This document shows, piece by piece, positions 9,110 to 19,027 of a stretch of DNA of 64,000 nucleotides. The stretch is taken from the sequence record NC_054922.1; one strand, given 5' to 3'. This DNA comes from Escherichia phage vB_EcoM_KAW1E185. Position numbers and translations under genes: made by a program. Within the stretch, counting starts at the first letter, position 1. The number at the start of each line of letters is the position of its first letter. The notes beneath the pieces are model-generated. The model was not told the origin of the DNA. It ran no database searches and saw only the letters and a program-made list of their open reading frames with translations.

Positions 9110-10923
9110 TGGTGTTTAACCCTATGCATGATTTCTTTATTTTTACCGAGATTAAATCCGCGTTCGTTCGGATTTCCCAAATAACCACATGTTCTTCTTA
9201 TTGTGTTCATCTTTTTAGGGTCAGTTTCTCCACAAATAGAACAAACAAATCCGTTTTCAGTAGGAGTCATTTCATGGGTACTTCCACACGTAAAACATTT
9301 ATCTACTGGCATATTAACACCAAAATAATCTAAATGTTGTGCAGCATAATCCCATACGGCCTCAAGACCTTTTAAGTTATTTTTCATATCAGGAAGTTCA
9401 ACATAAGAAATGTGGCCGCCTGTCGCAATGAAATGATATGGTGCTTCGCGAGAAATCTTTTCAAACGGAGTAATATTTTCTTCTACTGAAACATGGAAAC
9501 TGTTAGTGTACCAACCTTTATCGGTAACATCCTTTACACTTCCATATTTTTCGGTATCGAGTTTACAGAAGCGATAACAAAGGTTTTCAGCAGGAGTAGA
9601 ATACAAGCTAAAAGCAAAACCGGTTATTTCAGTCCACTGTTTAAGATGAGCATTCATTTTAGTTAAAATTTCTCGTCCAATATCACGACCGACAAGAATA
9701 TTCAATTCGTGAATACCAATGTATCCCAAAGACACTGAACTTCTACCGTTTTTAAATAACTCAATTATGTCGTCATCAGGTTTAAGACGAACCCCGAATG
9801 CACCTTCTTGGTAAAGAATAGGAGCAACAGTAGCTTTAACTCCTTTTAAGGAACTAATTCTACACATCAAAGCTTCAAAACATAAATCCATTCGTTCATT
9901 GAATAATTCAACAAATTTCTGTTCATTGAATTGTGTTCCAATATAAGAATCTAACGCAATGCGAGGAAGATTCAGTGTTACAACACCAAGATTATTACGT
10001 CCATCAAGAATTTCATTACCAGTCGAATCTTTCCATACGCTCAAGAAGCTGCGGCAACCCATTGGAGAAACAGGAATAGATGAACCAGTGATAGCTTTAT
10101 TGTTCTTAGCTGAAATAATATCAGGATACATCCTTTTGCTTGCACACTCTAGAGCAAGCTGTTTAATATCATAGTTCGGATCGTCTTTATAAAGATTAAC
10201 ACCTTCTTCAACAAACATAACAAGCTTAGGGAAAATAGGAGTTATCCCATCACGACCAAGACCTTTAATACGATTTTTCAGAATTGCTTTCTGAATCATT
10301 CGTTCAGTCCAGTCAGTTCCCGTACCAAATGTAATTGTTACAAAAGGAGTCTGTCCGTTTGAACTAAAGAGAGTGTTTACTTCATATTCGTAAGCTTGAA
10401 ATGCATCGTATACGTCTTTTTCTGTTTTAGATTGAGCATAATTCAACGCATCAGCGATTTGCCATTTTTCTGCATCCTCAATATGTTTTGCATAGGTGCG
10501 TTTAACATAAGGAGAAAGTACTTTATCTACATTCGCAAAAGTCGTTCCGCCGTATTGGTGAGAAGCAACCTGTGCAGTAATTTGTGCCATAATTGCAGTA
10601 GCAACGCCAATTGATTTAGGAGTTTCAATCTGTGCATTACCAAGCTTAAATCCGTTCTCAAGCATTCCTTTTAAATCTACTAAACAACAATTAGTAAATG
10701 GAAGAGCAGGGGAATAATCAATATCGTGGAAATGGATAATTCCGCTTTCATGCGCTTTCATAATAAAAGACGGGACCATATTTTTGGCAATGTGTTTAGA
10801 CACAATACCAGCCATAAGGTCCCGTTGAGTTGGAAAAACACGAGAATCTTTATTAGCATTCTCGTTTAAAAGGTCTTTATTAGTTTTATGAATCAATCCT
10901 TCAATTTCTTTTTCAATTGTCAT
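9106..10923 (-). CDS. nrdD: Anaerobic ribonucleoside-triphosphate reductase (glycyl radical enzyme), uninterrupted
   Basis: 605 aa; C-terminal RRTCGYLG glycyl-radical motif and CxxC pairs. Confidence 0.95.
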   Translation of the reverse strand: MTIEKEIEGLIHKTNKDLLNENANKDSRVFPTQRDLMAGIVSKHIAKNMVPSFIMKAHESGIIHFHDIDYSPALPFTNCCLVDLKGMLENGFKLGNAQIETPKSIGVATAIMAQITAQVASHQYGGTTFANVDKVLSPYVKRTYAKHIEDAEKWQIADALNYAQSKTEKDVYDAFQAYEYEVNTLFSSNGQTPFVTITFGTGTDWTERMIQKAILKNRIKGLGRDGITPIFPKLVMFVEEGVNLYKDDPNYDIKQLALECASKRMYPDIISAKNNKAITGSSIPVSPMGCRSFLSVWKDSTGNEILDGRNNLGVVTLNLPRIALDSYIGTQFNEQKFVELFNERMDLCFEALMCRISSLKGVKATVAPILYQEGAFGVRLKPDDDIIELFKNGRSSVSLGYIGIHELNILVGRDIGREILTKMNAHLKQWTEITGFAFSLYSTPAENLCYRFCKLDTEKYGSVKDVTDKGWYTNSFHVSVEENITPFEKISREAPYHFIATGGHISYVELPDMKNNLKGLEAVWDYAAQHLDYFGVNMPVDKCFTCGSTHEMTPTENGFVCSICGETDPKKMNTIRRTCGYLGNPNERGFNLGKNKEIMHRVKHQ

Positions 10924-11393
10924 TTTAAACTCTTTCTAAGCTGCTTCTTAAATGAAGCTATTAACTGTGTTTTGGTGTCAGATTCATTATATTCAAATCC
11001 TCTTTGAAGCATCTCGGCCATCATTTCCTCTTTTCCTAAACGAGAAAATTCCTTTGATTTATCTCCAACAAAGTTAGGGTGAATATTATTTTGGGTGTAA
11101 TCGGATTTTAAATAAGTAAGTAAATTTTCTAACCATTCAAGATAATCAACACCTTGTCCCTTTAAGCCAGAACGATTAAATTTATGCTTCATTTGACCTT
11201 CTGCGGCATTACAGAGATTACAAAGCAATCCACGTACCTTTCCTGCTTTTGGTCCATTTAATTCATGGTCATGGTCGAGGTGATTAGCTTGAACATCAGG
11301 ATTTAGTTCTCGTTGGCAAATTAAGCATTTACCGTTTTGTGCATTATAAAATTTTTGTTTTTCTTCTTTGTATAATTTGCCAGTCAATAACAT
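10920..11393 (-). CDS. 49: Endonuclease VII (Holliday junction resolvase)
   Basis: 157 aa; CLICQRE...HLDHDHELNGPKAGKVRGLLCNLCN zinc/H-N-H-like core recognised as T4 gp49. Confidence 0.95.
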   Translation of the reverse strand: MLLTGKLYKEEKQKFYNAQNGKCLICQRELNPDVQANHLDHDHELNGPKAGKVRGLLCNLCNAAEGQMKHKFNRSGLKGQGVDYLEWLENLLTYLKSDYTQNNIHPNFVGDKSKEFSRLGKEEMMAEMLQRGFEYNESDTKTQLIASFKKQLRKSLK

Positions 11394-11441
11394 AATAAAC
11401 CCTTACCTTAAATAGATAAGGGTATTTATTATTTTCAAGTA

Positions 11442-11888
11442 TTAAAATGCTCGGTCAGAAAAAGAAATTTGAGTTTCAAGCCATTCAATATATTCTGCCG
11501 CAGCTTGCATCAAATTTCCTTCGTAATCATCAATATCTTTTTTCAACGCCGATTTAGCTAATGCGTATGAAATACGTTCACCTTGAAAACCGGCTTTAGG
11601 CTTCTGAACAACTTGATTAGTTCGCTCTACAACTTCTTCAATTTCGCCATTTTCGACTGATTCAGTATTCCACAAACACCAATACGTAATTGGCTTATCG
11701 TAGATGTTAATAATCTTTCCATCAGAAAGTTCAATTTCAATAATTCCAGTATCAGGTTCTATATCATCTTCACATTCTTTTGCAAGTTCACGAACTTTAA
11801 AGACAGTACCTGCACTAAGTTCCGGCCAGTAATTACACAGCCCTGTATCAGCACGATTAATTCTAAACCACTTATCTACTATAATCAT
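11442..11888 (-). CDS. Hypothetical protein (148 aa) in the position T4 places pin
   Basis: SD GGAG upstream of ATG at 11888; identity to pin not verifiable from memory. Confidence 0.45.
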   Translation of the reverse strand: MIIVDKWFRINRADTGLCNYWPELSAGTVFKVRELAKECEDDIEPDTGIIEIELSDGKIINIYDKPITYWCLWNTESVENGEIEEVVERTNQVVQKPKAGFQGERISYALAKSALKKDIDDYEGNLMQAAAEYIEWLETQISFSDRAF

Positions 11889-12011
11889 GTCCCATCTCCA
11901 TATCAATTAAGTCATTTATCGTTGGTTCATTATATACTGTTTCTTCATCAGTGTAAACCGGTTCTTCCGGCTCTGGCTCTACAGTTTCCCATCTAGCCGC
12001 CCACCAAGGTT

Positions 12012-12332
12012 TTATAGCGTAATCCATTCTCTTACTGTCTGAGTTACTACACGTTCTCGAAGCTCAACCAGTTCAACGGTAGGAACTGCATAATACCAGT
12101 CAGAATGGTAAGAACCTGAGCGAGATTCATTTACAGAAACATATACGTAGTGTTTTGGGCTAAAGTAAATTACTTGACGATATTGGCATTTGCCTTGTTG
12201 AGTCCATTCTTCGGATTCAATCGGAATAAGATAGTCGGAAAAATCGAAATCATAGTTTTCTGAAAATGCATCATGGTCTTCGATGATTTCACTCAGAACT
12301 GCATCAACATCTAATTTATTTTCAGTATTCAT
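12012..12332 (-). CDS. Hypothetical acidic protein (106 aa)
   Basis: ORF track. Confidence 0.45.
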   Translation of the reverse strand: MNTENKLDVDAVLSEIIEDHDAFSENYDFDFSDYLIPIESEEWTQQGKCQYRQVIYFSPKHYVYVSVNESRSGSYHSDWYYAVPTVELVELRERVVTQTVREWITL

Positions 12333-12343
12333 TTTTTCACCAA

Positions 12344-12553
12344 TTAGTTTCGCAATTTATTAAGTTCTTCATAATCAATCCAGGATTCTAGTCCTGATGG
12401 CAAATCAGATTCAATTTCCCAAAGAAGTTCTTCAATTTTATGAAGACGATCTAATTCTTCAGCTGGAATAGTAACCATTGATGGAGCTCTTGCTGCACTA
12501 ATATCGTAAATCATATTTACCCCAGTTTGACCATGCAATCGCCGTATTTCCAC
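12344..12553 (-). CDS. Hypothetical protein (69 aa)
   Basis: ORF track. Confidence 0.4.
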   Translation of the reverse strand: MEIRRLHGQTGVNMIYDISAARAPSMVTIPAEELDRLHKIEELLWEIESDLPSGLESWIDYEELNKLRN

Positions 12554-12732
12554 TTAGAAATAGACTTTTCACCATTAGAATAATAAACTTCGAGTTTAGC
12601 ACGATTATTTTTAATTTGAATAACCTTGGCTGTCATCAAAGTTCCATACCCATAATAAACTGCAACTTCATCACCTACATATACCGCGCTTCCGCGGTAG
12701 TCATGGATATAATCAGTTCCTTCGAGCATCAT
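12517..12732 (-). CDS. Hypothetical protein (71 aa)
   Basis: ORF track. Confidence 0.4.
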   Translation of the reverse strand: MMLEGTDYIHDYRGSAVYVGDEVAVYYGYGTLMTAKVIQIKNNRAKLEVYYSNGEKSISKWKYGDCMVKLG

Positions 12733-12992
12733 TTAAAGTATTCCCGCAATTGGTCAAATCCACCAATATGACTTCCATCAGGAGCAAATACCTGAGGCAT
12801 CGTCAGTCCAATTTGAGTATCACGACCTAGTTTCGTCAGAAGCTCAGCAATTTTCTCATCATCAAAAACACCTTTTTCCGGCATAATGTTGATAAATTCA
12901 AACGGCTGTTTCTTCACAGTCAAAAGACGTTTTGCATTATCGCAATACACACATTTATGGATGTTGCTATCATAACCATATACTTTAAACAT
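12729..12992 (-). CDS. nrdC: Thioredoxin/glutaredoxin NrdC
   Basis: 87 aa; CVYC active site; sequence recognised as T4 NrdC. Confidence 0.9.
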   Translation of the reverse strand: MFKVYGYDSNIHKCVYCDNAKRLLTVKKQPFEFINIMPEKGVFDDEKIAELLTKLGRDTQIGLTMPQVFAPDGSHIGGFDQLREYFK

Positions 12993-12993
12993 A

Positions 12994-13236
12994 TTATTCC
13001 TTAATTCCTAGTACTTGTTTAAAAGTCTCGTCGTAATCAAGACTTTGGCCCGTTTGTTCTTTATGTTTGTATATAATATCACTTACTTCTGATAGCATAT
13101 TTTTGTATGAACGAGTTACAGCAGATTTAAGCACGCTGTATCTATCAGGAAATTTACCATGTTCATTATAATAAGCTATTGCTAATTCACGGACTGCCTT
13201 TTCAGCAGTCTCCATATATTCTTTACGCTTGGTCAT
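12994..13236 (-). CDS. Hypothetical protein (80 aa)
   Basis: ORF track. Confidence 0.45.
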   Translation of the reverse strand: MTKRKEYMETAEKAVRELAIAYYNEHGKFPDRYSVLKSAVTRSYKNMLSEVSDIIYKHKEQTGQSLDYDETFKQVLGIKE

Positions 13237-13238
13237 TT

Positions 13239-13628
13239 TTAATCCAAAATATTATTAGGCATTGGTTGAACACTCACAAGTTCTTTAAAGAACTCAGTAG
13301 AGTCAGGCAATTTAACCATTTCCGGAGCATGCTTATTAAATTTATGTTTACAATGACGGCATTTATATTCAAGCTCTGGTTTACGCCAGTTAATCAATTG
13401 AACTTGTTCAGTACCGCATTCAGGGCAATTAGGAACGTTTTTAGAAGCTCTTTCACGTCGTTCAACCATAGCCATAATAGCATCCCATGCTGGAGGTTTA
13501 AAATCTAAATCGTTGCAGCCGTGAATCTTTCCACGCATTTCCAGATCGTCTTCTTCACCAGCCATAATAATTTTAATTAGACTAGAATTACTTGAAGCTG
13601 CAATGTCTTCTAATAGACGCTTTTTCAT
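13239..13628 (-). CDS. Hypothetical zinc-ribbon protein (129 aa)
   Basis: CPECG...CRHCKH; ATG overlaps stop of upstream paralog P1. Confidence 0.5.
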   Translation of the reverse strand: MKKRLLEDIAASSNSSLIKIIMAGEEDDLEMRGKIHGCNDLDFKPPAWDAIMAMVERRERASKNVPNCPECGTEQVQLINWRKPELEYKCRHCKHKFNKHAPEMVKLPDSTEFFKELVSVQPMPNNILD

Positions 13629-14551
13629 TTCAATACCCCAATAGCATTACGTAAACCATTTGCTTTGGCGGTTAAAGCCTTAAGAACTTTAGTATGCTCT
13701 TCAATTTGTTTTTCAACTTCAATCAAACGAGCATTGAGATATTCGCGTTCTTCTTTCATAGTATCATTTCCATGATTGGATTTTGGTGTAGGTTTAAATT
13801 CACTAGGGTCCTTTAATTTAATAACAAATTTAGTTTCAAACAGTGAAAGACCATAATTCGTATTATCATCAAAGGATTTGACTACATCCATATCAGATAA
13901 TAACACGCGCAAATTATAAGCCAAAGAACTAATAGTTTCATTGTGTTTATTAGCTTCGCGTGGTTTCATATACGGAAGATTTTTATATATCTCATGCGGA
14001 GCGCAAACGATAATTGACAATTCAAATTGTCCATTCTGGGACGATGGAATGAATTTAGCCGTAACCCAGTCTTTTACATTCACATTAATAGTACGGTTAT
14101 CACCATGACAAAACAGTCTACGAGAATGCTTAAAAAGCATATTCACGTTATTATTGAATTCGTGTGAAAATTCACTAGCAAATTTTTCTTTACTATCTTT
14201 AGAAAACCATTCTTCTAAATAAGTTCTTTTCACGTCGTTAATAATATTAAATGTAACAACACTAGCATTTGATACATTAGTCTTAATGTAGCTTGGATAC
14301 ATAAATTTTTTAACATTATTAACAGCTATCACAGAAGATAATAATCGGGAACGTTTGAACCACTCGAGCAAAGAACCAAGAGAATGTGAATACGCATTTT
14401 GTGTATCTTTACAAATATGGTTTTCCCATCCAATATAGTCTAAAAAATCACGAAGAATATTATTGATTACTGCTCTGTGTCCTATCTGATAATTACGATG
14501 TTTAGTAATAAGACTGTCAAAATAATCAATATAATGTTTACGAGTTTTCAT
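13625..14551 (-). CDS. Paralog family member P1 (308 aa) with C-terminal coiled coil
   Basis: Shares internal LLEWF(K/R)..RLL motif and heptad-rich C-terminus with P2-P4. Confidence 0.6.
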   Translation of the reverse strand: MKTRKHYIDYFDSLITKHRNYQIGHRAVINNILRDFLDYIGWENHICKDTQNAYSHSLGSLLEWFKRSRLLSSVIAVNNVKKFMYPSYIKTNVSNASVVTFNIINDVKRTYLEEWFSKDSKEKFASEFSHEFNNNVNMLFKHSRRLFCHGDNRTINVNVKDWVTAKFIPSSQNGQFELSIIVCAPHEIYKNLPYMKPREANKHNETISSLAYNLRVLLSDMDVVKSFDDNTNYGLSLFETKFVIKLKDPSEFKPTPKSNHGNDTMKEEREYLNARLIEVEKQIEEHTKVLKALTAKANGLRNAIGVLK

Positions 14552-14605
14552 GTTCTTCTCACTTGGTTAATGATTTATACTCCGAGCCATCCTTGGCTTT
14601 AAATT

Positions 14606-15607
14606 TTACTTAATTAACTGTAAAGCCTGTTCTAAACGATCAAGACGATTAACAGATTCTTCCCAAATCCTTTTAGCCTGCTCATATTCTTTCTGCGCTT
14701 TATTAGAAATTTCTAGAACTTCTTTATAAGCTTTTTCTAATGCAATAACTTCTGGACGAATTTCTACCGGTTCAGGTGAATCATCAAGATTATCCATTAG
14801 TTCCTCAAGGGTAGTTTCTTCTTTAGGAGTATTCACAATTTCATCACATTTTTGTTGGTAAATTTCTTTATCAGTAGGTGAATAAGCACATTTCACTTCA
14901 CGAAGACTAACTACAATTTTATATCCTTCCCAACCGCATATATTTTTAAAAGGATATGTATGAATATTTTCTACTGTTTCCATACAAAGTAATGCGGTCT
15001 CTAATTGACGAGTTATAGTGCTAGCAATTGAGAAAAATTTATTAATATTCTTTTGGCTAGTTTCTGGTGTAAAAAATCCATAATTCACAAAAATAGCTAC
15101 TTTATTTTTATCAAGTTCATATTCTTTTATGATAATCATATCAGAAGCCAAAGGATGAATTTGACGATAATCGCCATAACATAATTTAGAAGCTGATTTT
15201 AAAATTTGCTTTTTGAAAAGTCTGAAATTACTGATCCAACGACGAGTAAAAATATTCTCAGGGTCTTCTTTATTATTAAGATGATAAGAATTAACATCAC
15301 CGAACCAATTATATCCTACTACATCTTTGGTTCGTTTAATTTCTTTCCCAAAATTACCAAGAATATCCCGATTAACCAAATATGAAAGAAGACGAGACTC
15401 TTTAAAGGTTTTCTTGATAACATCTTTATCTACACGGCTAGAAATTTTACGAATTTCATGAATAAATTTAGCAGAAGAAACAATACTTGCATCAACACTA
15501 TTGAGCCACTGATTGATAATAGAAAGAACGCTATTTTGGCCAAACATCGGTATAGCTTTATCATCAATAACTCTATTGAATGATTTGATATATTCGTTAC
15601 GAGTCAT
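14606..15607 (-). CDS. Paralog family member P2 (333 aa from MTRNEY) with C-terminal coiled coil
   Basis: RRWISNFRLFKKQILKSASKL motif; SD GAGGAG upstream of ATG 15607; ORF-track start at 15637 lies inside the promoter. Confidence 0.6.
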   Translation of the reverse strand: MTRNEYIKSFNRVIDDKAIPMFGQNSVLSIINQWLNSVDASIVSSAKFIHEIRKISSRVDKDVIKKTFKESRLLSYLVNRDILGNFGKEIKRTKDVVGYNWFGDVNSYHLNNKEDPENIFTRRWISNFRLFKKQILKSASKLCYGDYRQIHPLASDMIIIKEYELDKNKVAIFVNYGFFTPETSQKNINKFFSIASTITRQLETALLCMETVENIHTYPFKNICGWEGYKIVVSLREVKCAYSPTDKEIYQQKCDEIVNTPKEETTLEELMDNLDDSPEPVEIRPEVIALEKAYKEVLEISNKAQKEYEQAKRIWEESVNRLDRLEQALQLIK

Positions 15608-15635
15608 AATAATCTCCTCAGTAGAAAGTAAGAAC

Positions 15636-15670
15636 ATTATACCACATCCTTGTGGCGAAGTAAACTAGTT
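15636..15670 (-). promoter_or_regulatory. Early promoter upstream of P2
   Basis: Minus strand TTTACT - 17 nt - TATAAT. Confidence 0.6.
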
Positions 15671-16669
15671 TAGTGCATTTAGTGCGTTGTTCAATTTAGA
15701 ACGTTGCTTCGTGAGATTTTTTACTTTTTCTTGAGCTTTTTCTAGCATCTTTTCAGCTTCTAACACTTCATTAATTGCTTTAACGAGTTCATCATCTACT
15801 GCCTTGATAGACTTCTCAATCGCATCCGCGTGCCATTTTTCAACAGGTTTAAGACTCGGATTTTCAACAGGAAGAAAATTCACTTTATTGAATTTCCATG
15901 CATCATTATTACCTGAACTATACATCCAAAATTTAGGATCGTTTGATGAGTAATTAGTTTGGGGTTCAGGTTTTTTCTCTTGTGTAACTTCGTCCTTTCT
16001 CAAAAAATCATATTTAAATGAAACAATCATGTCAAGTTCATATGTTGTCGTATCTAATTTAAATCGTTCGAAATGCTGCGAAATCTTAGATTGAACAGCA
16101 GCAACAACATCCATATACTTAAATGCTTCTGTCAGCTGTGATTTAAGACATTCACAAATTGAAAGAGAATTTTTTGTATTAGGTTTAAAGCTAATTCGTG
16201 CAGTTCTATTATTTTCTTTTAATGGTCTTACTTCCATCTGAAGAGTATAACCATCAAATTTCAGATTCTTTAAGTTAATATCAGAGCCTTTTAATCGACT
16301 AGCAGTAGACAAAATTTGCTTTAATTGTTTACGAAATAGAGCAATAAATCTCCATTCAAGACGATAATGATTTGGATTAAAAAATCCTGTTGATAAATCA
16401 ACCTTACTCTGACCAACGCCTTGAACAAATAGAGGATTTTTATAATCAATAGTTTTACAGAAATCGGTGAGCTGCTCACGAGCAGTCATTTGTGTAATAT
16501 ATCCCGCTTTACTAAAATGACGTAACCATTCACTGCTATTCATATACTTAAAGTGAATGGAACTATTAACTCTATCAGGGTCTAAATTATTTTGGCACAA
16601 AAATGTCATAACATCACGAGTATAGCTGGCATTACGAACCATATCTTCAATTTGAGAACGAGTTTTCAT
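15665..16669 (-). CDS. Paralog family member P3 (334 aa) with C-terminal coiled coil
   Basis: RLEWRFIALFRKQLKQILSTASRL motif aligned with P2. Confidence 0.6.
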   Translation of the reverse strand: MKTRSQIEDMVRNASYTRDVMTFLCQNNLDPDRVNSSIHFKYMNSSEWLRHFSKAGYITQMTAREQLTDFCKTIDYKNPLFVQGVGQSKVDLSTGFFNPNHYRLEWRFIALFRKQLKQILSTASRLKGSDINLKNLKFDGYTLQMEVRPLKENNRTARISFKPNTKNSLSICECLKSQLTEAFKYMDVVAAVQSKISQHFERFKLDTTTYELDMIVSFKYDFLRKDEVTQEKKPEPQTNYSSNDPKFWMYSSGNNDAWKFNKVNFLPVENPSLKPVEKWHADAIEKSIKAVDDELVKAINEVLEAEKMLEKAQEKVKNLTKQRSKLNNALNALN

Positions 16670-16677
16670 GGTGTTCC

Positions 16678-17586
16678 TTAAGATTTAAGTAAATCAACAA
16701 TTTTAATTAACTTTTCACGCTCAGATTTAGCTTTACTACTCAATCCAGATAGTCTGAAAATTTCATCATCATATTGTTGAATAGAAATATTCAGCTCTTC
16801 AATTTGCTTATTAAAATAATCAATTTGCTCAGAATGTTTTTCGTTACTACGAACTGGTACAGGTTTTGTAGGCAATTTAGTTGAACTGGATTCATCCGGG
16901 CGATAAATTAAAATACAACTTGAACCAATTGGACATTTTGCACCAGATGAATATTCTAATGTTCCGGCTTCTTTTAAAACTTCAAAAGCTAAACAGAGAT
17001 GATGCCCCATATTAACATAATCTGTAGAGCGAGCTCTGATATAATAATCATCGCCCCGAATACTAAATTTAAAGCATTTAAGGTCTTCTGTATTATTGGT
17101 CTTAAAAATCATTTGTTTATCTAGACCTTTAGCTAATCGAGCGCCTAATGCTAATAATCGTCGTTGATTTTCCCACAAATCTGCGATCATTTGGTCAAAT
17201 GATAATTTCGGCATTAGTCGACCGTAAAGATCATAGCCTTTATTATAATTGCGAAGAATTTCACTTGCATTAATACGAGACAATGCTCCAATTTTATTAA
17301 GGGCTTTCATAATGCGATTAGATAAACCCATTCCAGACCCGTTTGTTCGCTGTAAATGTTTTTCTAATCCAAATCCAATATCAACTTTAAACTTATCTAA
17401 AATTTCTGCATGAACATCTCTGTCAATAACATTCAAATCCAAAGTTGGGTTAAATCTATGAAAAAATTTATCTGGCTCTCCACGACGAAGTACAGTCCAT
17501 TCATTCAATTTTTTATTAACTAAAGATTTAATTACTGCATTGACATTATTAATTACTACTGACATATTTTCCTCACTCAATTTCAA
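16678..17586 (-). CDS. Paralog family member P4 (302 aa) with C-terminal coiled coil
   Basis: DLWENQRRLLALGARLAKGL motif; heptad-rich C-terminus. Confidence 0.55.
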   Translation of the reverse strand: MKLSEENMSVVINNVNAVIKSLVNKKLNEWTVLRRGEPDKFFHRFNPTLDLNVIDRDVHAEILDKFKVDIGFGLEKHLQRTNGSGMGLSNRIMKALNKIGALSRINASEILRNYNKGYDLYGRLMPKLSFDQMIADLWENQRRLLALGARLAKGLDKQMIFKTNNTEDLKCFKFSIRGDDYYIRARSTDYVNMGHHLCLAFEVLKEAGTLEYSSGAKCPIGSSCILIYRPDESSSTKLPTKPVPVRSNEKHSEQIDYFNKQIEELNISIQQYDDEIFRLSGLSSKAKSEREKLIKIVDLLKS

Positions 17587-17980
17587 TTTTACTAAATACG
17601 CAGAATATGATGGAAAAGACTATATAAGCACCGCATACAGATTGAACTAATACCATTCCAAAGAACCAAACAATATTATCAAACAATGTCTGTTTTACGT
17701 CGAAAGGACGTAAACTTACAGTAATATTATCGCCTTTTTCTATTGATGAATACATCTCTGGGGAAATATATTCGCTAAATCTATAACCGTCTTTGAGTTC
17801 ATATACGGCAATAAACGATAAACTAGACCCCTTTCCTTGTGTTCCTGTAAAGGTATTAACTATAGTAACATCATAATCTTTATAATGCATATAATCATTA
17901 ATTGCGTAATAACCATATGCAATTACTATGCATAAACAACATATCAATAAATTCAATCTTTTAATTATCAACTGTTTCAT
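17573..17980 (-). CDS. Hypothetical membrane protein (135 aa; N- and C-terminal TM segments)
   Basis: Hydrophobic ends; 14-nt overlap with P4 start. Confidence 0.5.
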   Translation of the reverse strand: MKQLIIKRLNLLICCLCIVIAYGYYAINDYMHYKDYDVTIVNTFTGTQGKGSSLSFIAVYELKDGYRFSEYISPEMYSSIEKGDNITVSLRPFDVKQTLFDNIVWFFGMVLVQSVCGAYIVFSIIFCVFSKIEIE

Positions 17981-18035
17981 AATAATCTCAATTAAAAGGG
18001 CTTAGAACCATTATACCATCCTTGGTATAAAGCGG

Positions 18036-18563
18036 TTATGCGAGTACCGTCTTTAACCGTTCTTCAAATTTCCGAAGAGTGTTCTGGCGTTCAGCTCTTT
18101 GCTTTTTGTAAGTTTCAATACGCTCTGAAATGAGAGTGTATCGTTCATTTACTGATTCTTTCATAAAATCAGGAATTTCACGAGAAGCTTTAATCTCGTC
18201 AAATTTATCAATAACAGCTTGCTCTTCAGCAATTAAGTTATCATACATCAAAATATCTTTCTTGATGAACTCAATATCTTCTTGAGTTACACGAGATAAT
18301 TTAGATGCTTTATCCTTTTTGTACTGTTCGTTAGTATCACGAGACCAGTGTAATGTACGATTTTTATTCGTATTCTTGTAAATTTCTACAATACCAATCT
18401 CATCGATAATAACGATCCAATTCCAACGGGATTTGTAAATTTGTCCTCCATCAACCGTGATTTCACCACCGATTGAGACATCATTAAAGAACTTGCTTTG
18501 AGCTTCAGATTTAAATTTACCATCATTGTAGTTTACCAAGTTGAAAATATCTTTAGCATTCAT
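18036..18563 (-). CDS. Hypothetical protein (175 aa from MNAKDIF)
   Basis: SD GGAGGAA upstream of ATG 18563; ORF-track start 18623 lies in the promoter. Confidence 0.5.
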   Translation of the reverse strand: MNAKDIFNLVNYNDGKFKSEAQSKFFNDVSIGGEITVDGGQIYKSRWNWIVIIDEIGIVEIYKNTNKNRTLHWSRDTNEQYKKDKASKLSRVTQEDIEFIKKDILMYDNLIAEEQAVIDKFDEIKASREIPDFMKESVNERYTLISERIETYKKQRAERQNTLRKFEERLKTVLA

Positions 18564-18592
18564 TTTCTGTTCCTCCGTAGTTGATAGTTGTA

Positions 18593-18621
18593 TAATACCA
18601 CAGAGGAACAGTCTTGTAAAC
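18593..18621 (-). promoter_or_regulatory. Early promoter
   Basis: Minus strand GTTTACA - 17 nt - TATTAT then conserved ACAACTATC. Confidence 0.65.
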
Positions 18622-18623
18622 AA

Positions 18624-18938
18624 CTAAAAGAAACTTCTTTCACAATTTTTTCCACTGAACCAAGCGCTCACTGCTTTCTTAGTCTCAGGAGCAGTGTTAT
18701 CCATAAACCATTCAAAGGCAGCCTTTTTATGATTCTGGAGGGCTTCTCGGGCTTTAATCTGCTCACGGTCTATTAACACTAACATATGAGCCTTTCTTGT
18801 CACCAAGGGCTTCTTATGATTTTTTGAATACTCCCAATCATTTGTCCAACGCATTGTCGTTGCGAACTGAAATACTGCTTCTTTAATTTTAGTTTCGTAA
18901 ATTTCACGAGCCTTTGAGTATAACATCATTACCTCCAT
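18624..18938 (-). CDS. Hypothetical protein (104 aa)
   Basis: ORF track. Confidence 0.45.
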   Translation of the reverse strand: MEVMMLYSKAREIYETKIKEAVFQFATTMRWTNDWEYSKNHKKPLVTRKAHMLVLIDREQIKAREALQNHKKAAFEWFMDNTAPETKKAVSAWFSGKNCERSFF

Positions 18939-19027
18939 TTACCAGTTTAATTCTAGTCATCTTTTTGATGGCAGTCCATATAATCTATTTCTGAACTGCC
19001 TTTTTGTCATAGAAGGCCTCTTATGAA

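Noticed and set aside
9109-10614. Plus-strand ORFs 9109-9333, 9959-10174 and 10396-10614
   Set aside because: Antisense to nrdD, with hydrophobic low-complexity translations typical of spurious reverse-strand ORFs in AT-rich DNA.
13179-13508. Plus-strand 109-aa ORF
   Set aside because: Antisense to the zinc-ribbon gene and the 80-aa gene; no promoter or RBS context.
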